Source: Pseudogymnoascus verrucosus (taxonomy: Eukaryota). Taken from it: DNA of 64,000 nt. Shown here piece by piece: positions 59,852-64,000 of the stretch. The translations under genes and the position numbers were made by a program. Numbering within the stretch: position 1 is the first letter of the stretch; each line of letters starts with the position of its first letter. The notes beneath the pieces were generated by a model that saw only the letters and a program-made list of their open reading frames with translations, had not been told where the DNA came from and ran no database searches. The stretch lies in NCBI GenBank assembly GCA_001662655.1, contig KV460237.1; one strand, 5' to 3'.

Positions 59852-62800
59852 ATGTCGGACTCGACGCAGGGCGCGGCGCAGGCCAACCGCAATATCAGCA
59901 TTATTGCACTGTTGACAGCTATCGGTACTGGTATCGCGGCGTCAGGAGTGCAGATCTTGATTTTTACCTTGATAAAGAATAGGCTGGTTAGGATATAGTG
60001 AGTTCTCTTTTTATTTTTGCAGTTGCAGTCCATCTGGGAAGTCAAAGCTGACATGTTGTGAAGCCAGCCAAAAACATACCTCGTCCCCGAACGACAACGA
60101 ACCGCACCACCGCCACGAAGTCCCTTCGGGTGGCTGGTGTCGATTTTCACATACAAAGACAAGGAGATCATCAATAAGTGCGGCCTGGATGCCTACTTTT
60201 TCCTCCGCTACCTCCAAACACAACTCATCATCTTCGTCCCGCTCGCCTGCCTCCTCCTCCCCATCCTCCTCCCACTCAACTACATCGGCGGCCGCAGCAC
60301 CGCCAAAGCAGACCCCCTCGACGGCAACGGCGCCGACCCTGATGTCCCCGGCGGCCTCGACAAGCTCGCCTGGGGCAACATCTCCCCGAAACAGACACAC
60401 CGCTACTGGGCGCATCTTGTCCTAGCTATTGTGGTGGTGATATGGGTGTGCTACGTCTTCTTCGCTGAGCTGCGCGTCTATATCCGCGTGCGCCAGGACT
60501 ACCTCACCTCTGCTGAGCACCGCCTGCGTGCCTCGGCTACCACTGTCCTCGTCACTGCCATCCCGGACAAATGGCTCACCATCGAGGCACTTAGTGGTCT
60601 CTACGATGTCTTTCCAGGGGGAATCCGCAATATCTGGATTAACCGCAACTACGACGCGCTGCTAGAGAAGGTGCGACGCCGCGAGGGTATTGTGGCGATG
60701 CTCGAGGCCGCTGAGACGTCCCTGATACGAAAGTGTAATAAGGCGCACCTGAAGCAGGTTGAGAAGGACGAGAAGGCCATGCAGCGCAAGACAGGGCACC
60801 AGGATACGAAGGAAGAGCGCGCGAGGCGTGCGAAGAATGCCGAAGAGACGGCGGCGCAGATTGCGAGGGGAGAAGGTGTCACGTCGGGCGATATCAACCA
60901 GGTTGTGCACTCGGTTGAGGATGCGATTGAGGAAGGTAATCGCCGCAAGAGTCGCGTGGTGGAGAAACAGACTGCCATGGGAGGGCTGGCGGCGATGGGT
61001 AAGCAGTTTGGGCGTGGACTCGGTCTGGTTGGAAAAGCGGGCGAGACGCTCGTCGAGGGCACGAAGAATGTAGGAGGGACAATTGTGGGGGGTGCAAAGA
61101 CCGCGGGGAAGGGGTTTGAAGGCCAGATCGACTCGACGAACGGGTTTGTGCGGATTGATCGCGATCCGCTCAGCCCGGACATGAGGCAAGAGCGCTCGAG
61201 ATCGAGGAATAATAGCAATAGCAGCCAGACGCATTTTGCGGACGCGGAGCCGGTGGAGACGCAGATCAATATGCCGCCGCGCGATGTCAGTTTTGGGCAG
61301 TCGCCGGATACGCCGAGGGGATTTGGCGAGCACCGCGGCGTTAAGGGGCTGGAACTCGATAATATCCCTTATCGATTTGGTGGCGGTGATGGGAGTAACG
61401 ACTCGGATGAGATGAAGAATAGCTGGTGGAAGTTCTGGAAGGGCCCGAGTGGGGGGTTCGCGTCACCTATGCCTCATGGGTTTGAGAGGGATGAATATAT
61501 CCAGAAGAAGAACTTTGGGCAGATGATCACGAGTGGTGGCCAGCAGATCATTGCGCCTGTGAAGACTCTCTTCACGAATAATGAGGGGCCACAGCATGAG
61601 TATCCACCGCACATTGACCCGGACTATGTCGAGGACGAGGAGAGCGCTCTGTGGGCGAAGTATATCAAGAAAAAGGACCGCAACACGCACCGCCTGCCTC
61701 GCTTTGGCATCGGTATCCTTCCATACATTTTCCCCTGGGTCAACACAAAGGTTGACACCATCTACTGGTGCCGTGAGGAGCTCGCGCGACTCAACGTCGA
61801 GATCGAGTACGACCAAGATCACTCCGAGGACTACCCTAAGATGAACTCCGCCTTTATCCAGTTCAACCACCAGATTGCCGCGCACATGGCGGTACAGGCT
61901 GTCAGCCACCACATCCCCAAGCACATGGCCCCGCGCATGGTTGAGGTCTCGCCCACGGATGTTATCTGGGACAACATGTCGATTAAATGGTGGGAAGCAT
62001 GGCTGCGGACTTTCTTTATCTTCGCTGCTGTTGCGGGGATGTGTATTCTCTGGGCTATTCCTGTCTCCGCCACTGCGCTCCTCGGTAACATCCCCGAACT
62101 GATCAGGCAATACCACTGGCTCTCGTTTCTTCGCGGGGCCGAGACCGCTCTCAAAGCCGTTGCGGGTATCCTGCCCGCCGTTGTCCTGGCGCTGCTGATG
62201 ATTCTGCCACCGCTCGTCTTCTACAACTTCGCGACGCTGCAGGGCAACCAAACGGGAAAGATGCGCGAGCTGTCGGTGCAGAACTACTACTTCTTCTTCC
62301 TGTTCGTTCAGGTCTTCCTCGTTGTCTCGATTGCCAGCGGGACGTTTGCCACACTCGCTAGTATCGCGGATGTCACTTCCATCCCTGGTCTCCTGGCGCA
62401 GAATCTGCCCAAGGCCTCCAACTACTTCTTCTCGTACATGATCATCCAGGCGCTGTCTACCAGCGCCGGTAGTTTGCTGCAGGTCGGCACGCTCATAATG
62501 TGGATCCTGATGCCCAAGCTATTCGACAACACAGCGCGCCAGAAGTGGAAGCGCAACACCACCCTGTCCACAGTGCACTGGGGCACGTACTTCCCCACCT
62601 ACACCAACTTCGCCTGCATCGCCATCATCTACTCCACAGTCGCCCCCCTGATCATGGTCTTCGCCATCATCACGTTCACCGTGCTCTGGCTCGCCAACCG
62701 CTACTGCATGCTCTATGTCTTCCGGCACACCGAAGACACCGGCGGCCTCCTCTACCCGCGCGCCATCAACCAGAACTTCATCGGCCTCTATGTCATGGAG

Positions 62801-63622
62801 CTTTGCCTAATCGGCCTCTTCTTCCTCGTCCGCGACGACAAGAATAACGCCGCATGCTTCCCACAGGCAATCATCATGATCGTCGTCATGGCCCTAACAG
62901 CACTCTTCCAATTCCTCCTCAACCAATCCTTCGGCCCGCTCTACGAGCATCTCGCTATAACACTCGAAGACGAAGCCGTCCTCCGCGACGAAGCTTTCGA
63001 ACGCGCCCAAGCCGCCCGCCTCATGGAATCCGACCACGACGACTCCGACTCCGACCACCACGACGACGGCGCCGCCCGCAACCCCCGCGTCCCAGACACC
63101 CCCGTCTCCCACGACGACGACATCGAGCTCCGCAAACTCCGCACCTCTCAATCCGCCAAATCCGGCAACGGAAACGGCGGCACATTCAACCCCCTCAATC
63201 CCCTCCGCACAGGCGCCACATGGGCCACACGCGGAGCCCGCACCCTCGGCGCCGCGACATTTGGGGAGCTCGACACATCACACGCCCGTCGCCGCCGCAG
63301 GAAGGACGTAGAAGCCCAGCAGCTGATGGGAGAAGCCCTCTTCGGCGGGTACAATGACGAAATCGAAGACCTCACCCCCGACGAGCGTGACGCGCTTGTG
63401 CGTGTGGCGTTCCAGCACGAGGCGCTCAGAGCGAAGAGGCCCAATGTGTGGGTGCCGCGTGATGGGTTGGGGGTGAGCGATGAGGAGGTCAGGAGGACGG
63501 AGAGGGTGGGGATGGGGAATGTGTGGATTACGAATCGGGGGACGGCGTTGGATGGGAAGGGGAGGGTGATGTATGGCAGGAATCCGCCGGATTTTGAGGA
63601 GGTGAGCTTGATTATGTTGTAG
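59852..63622 (+). CDS. OSCA/TMEM63 (Csc1/Rsn1, DUF221) calcium-permeable stress-gated channel
   Basis: RIY|QPKTYL, GLDAYFFLRYL, YWAHLV, KVDTIYWCREEL, NSAFIQFNHQIAAH, VIWDNM, YFFFLFVQVFLV, NLPKASNYFFSY, DTGGLLYPRAINQ; one intron ~59998-60063. Confidence 0.95.
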
Positions 63623-64000
63623 ATTGTTTTGTATAGATTGAGAGCGTTTTGAGGGCGTTGGATGGGAGTGTGGGGTTAGAATACAGTATATATTACCCAT
63701 CAAAGATATTATTTCACTGAAGTCGGAAGGAGGCACGAGTAATTACAGCAACTCTCTGACATTTCACAACTCATCCGATCCAAATCCCCTCTCACCCTCC
63801 CTCCCCTGCGCTCCACAAGCCGAAATCAGAAGCCGAAAACTAACCCGAAAACAGAAACCGAAATCAAGAACCGAAACGACAAAGACAAAAACCAAGCCAA
63901 CAAAGAACGAAAACTAACAAAAGAAAACTACGAATACAGACAACAACGCGAAAAGAAACGCTACTATATACAAAAACACAAAACTCTCACACTCAGCGCC

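Noticed and set aside
60649..63736. Several long antisense or alternate-frame ORFs over the OSCA gene (similar ones over KU70, HEM15 and GUD1)
   Set aside because: Explained by GC-rich, strongly skewed codon usage of the real genes.
63820..63990. A-rich (A/G)CCGAAA repeats at the right edge
   Set aside because: Low-complexity sequence, probably the 3' region of the next gene; not telomeric TTAGGG and no defined unit.

Overview
Intron-rich genomic DNA from a filamentous ascomycete (GT-AG introns with CTRAC branch points; Pezizomycotina gene set; a Leotiomycete such as Pseudogymnoascus is a guess from style only). About 23 protein-coding loci; no rRNA, tRNA, CRISPR or intact transposon is visible. 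The left half (1 to ~33 kb) looks accessory. It holds: a SCAP gene (5' end only; missed by the ORF track) directly downstream of a full-length SREBP; a JEN1-type carboxylate transporter, an unknown protein and an Atf-type bZIP, with a 66-bp module duplicated in two divergent promoters; an arrestin/Bul1-like gene; an FAD monooxygenase; a decaying killer-toxin-like locus (possible SUKH-like protein, secreted triple-CBM18 protein, subgroup-C GH18 chitinase pseudogene with a NucA/NucB-like C-terminal motif); a C2H2 TF/sugar porter/GH2 beta-mannosidase trio; and an F-box gene. The right half is mostly housekeeping (MME1-like carrier, IMP2, eIF2-alpha, NTE1, guanine deaminase, MFS, ferrochelatase, KU70, OSCA/TMEM63 channel), interrupted by a SesB-hydrolase/NB-ARC/TPR fungal NLR. 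The best leads are the clustered SCAP-SREBP module with its duplicated promoter element and the chitinase-nuclease plus putative immunity locus. Exon boundaries were read by eye, and family calls come from motif recognition, not database searches.
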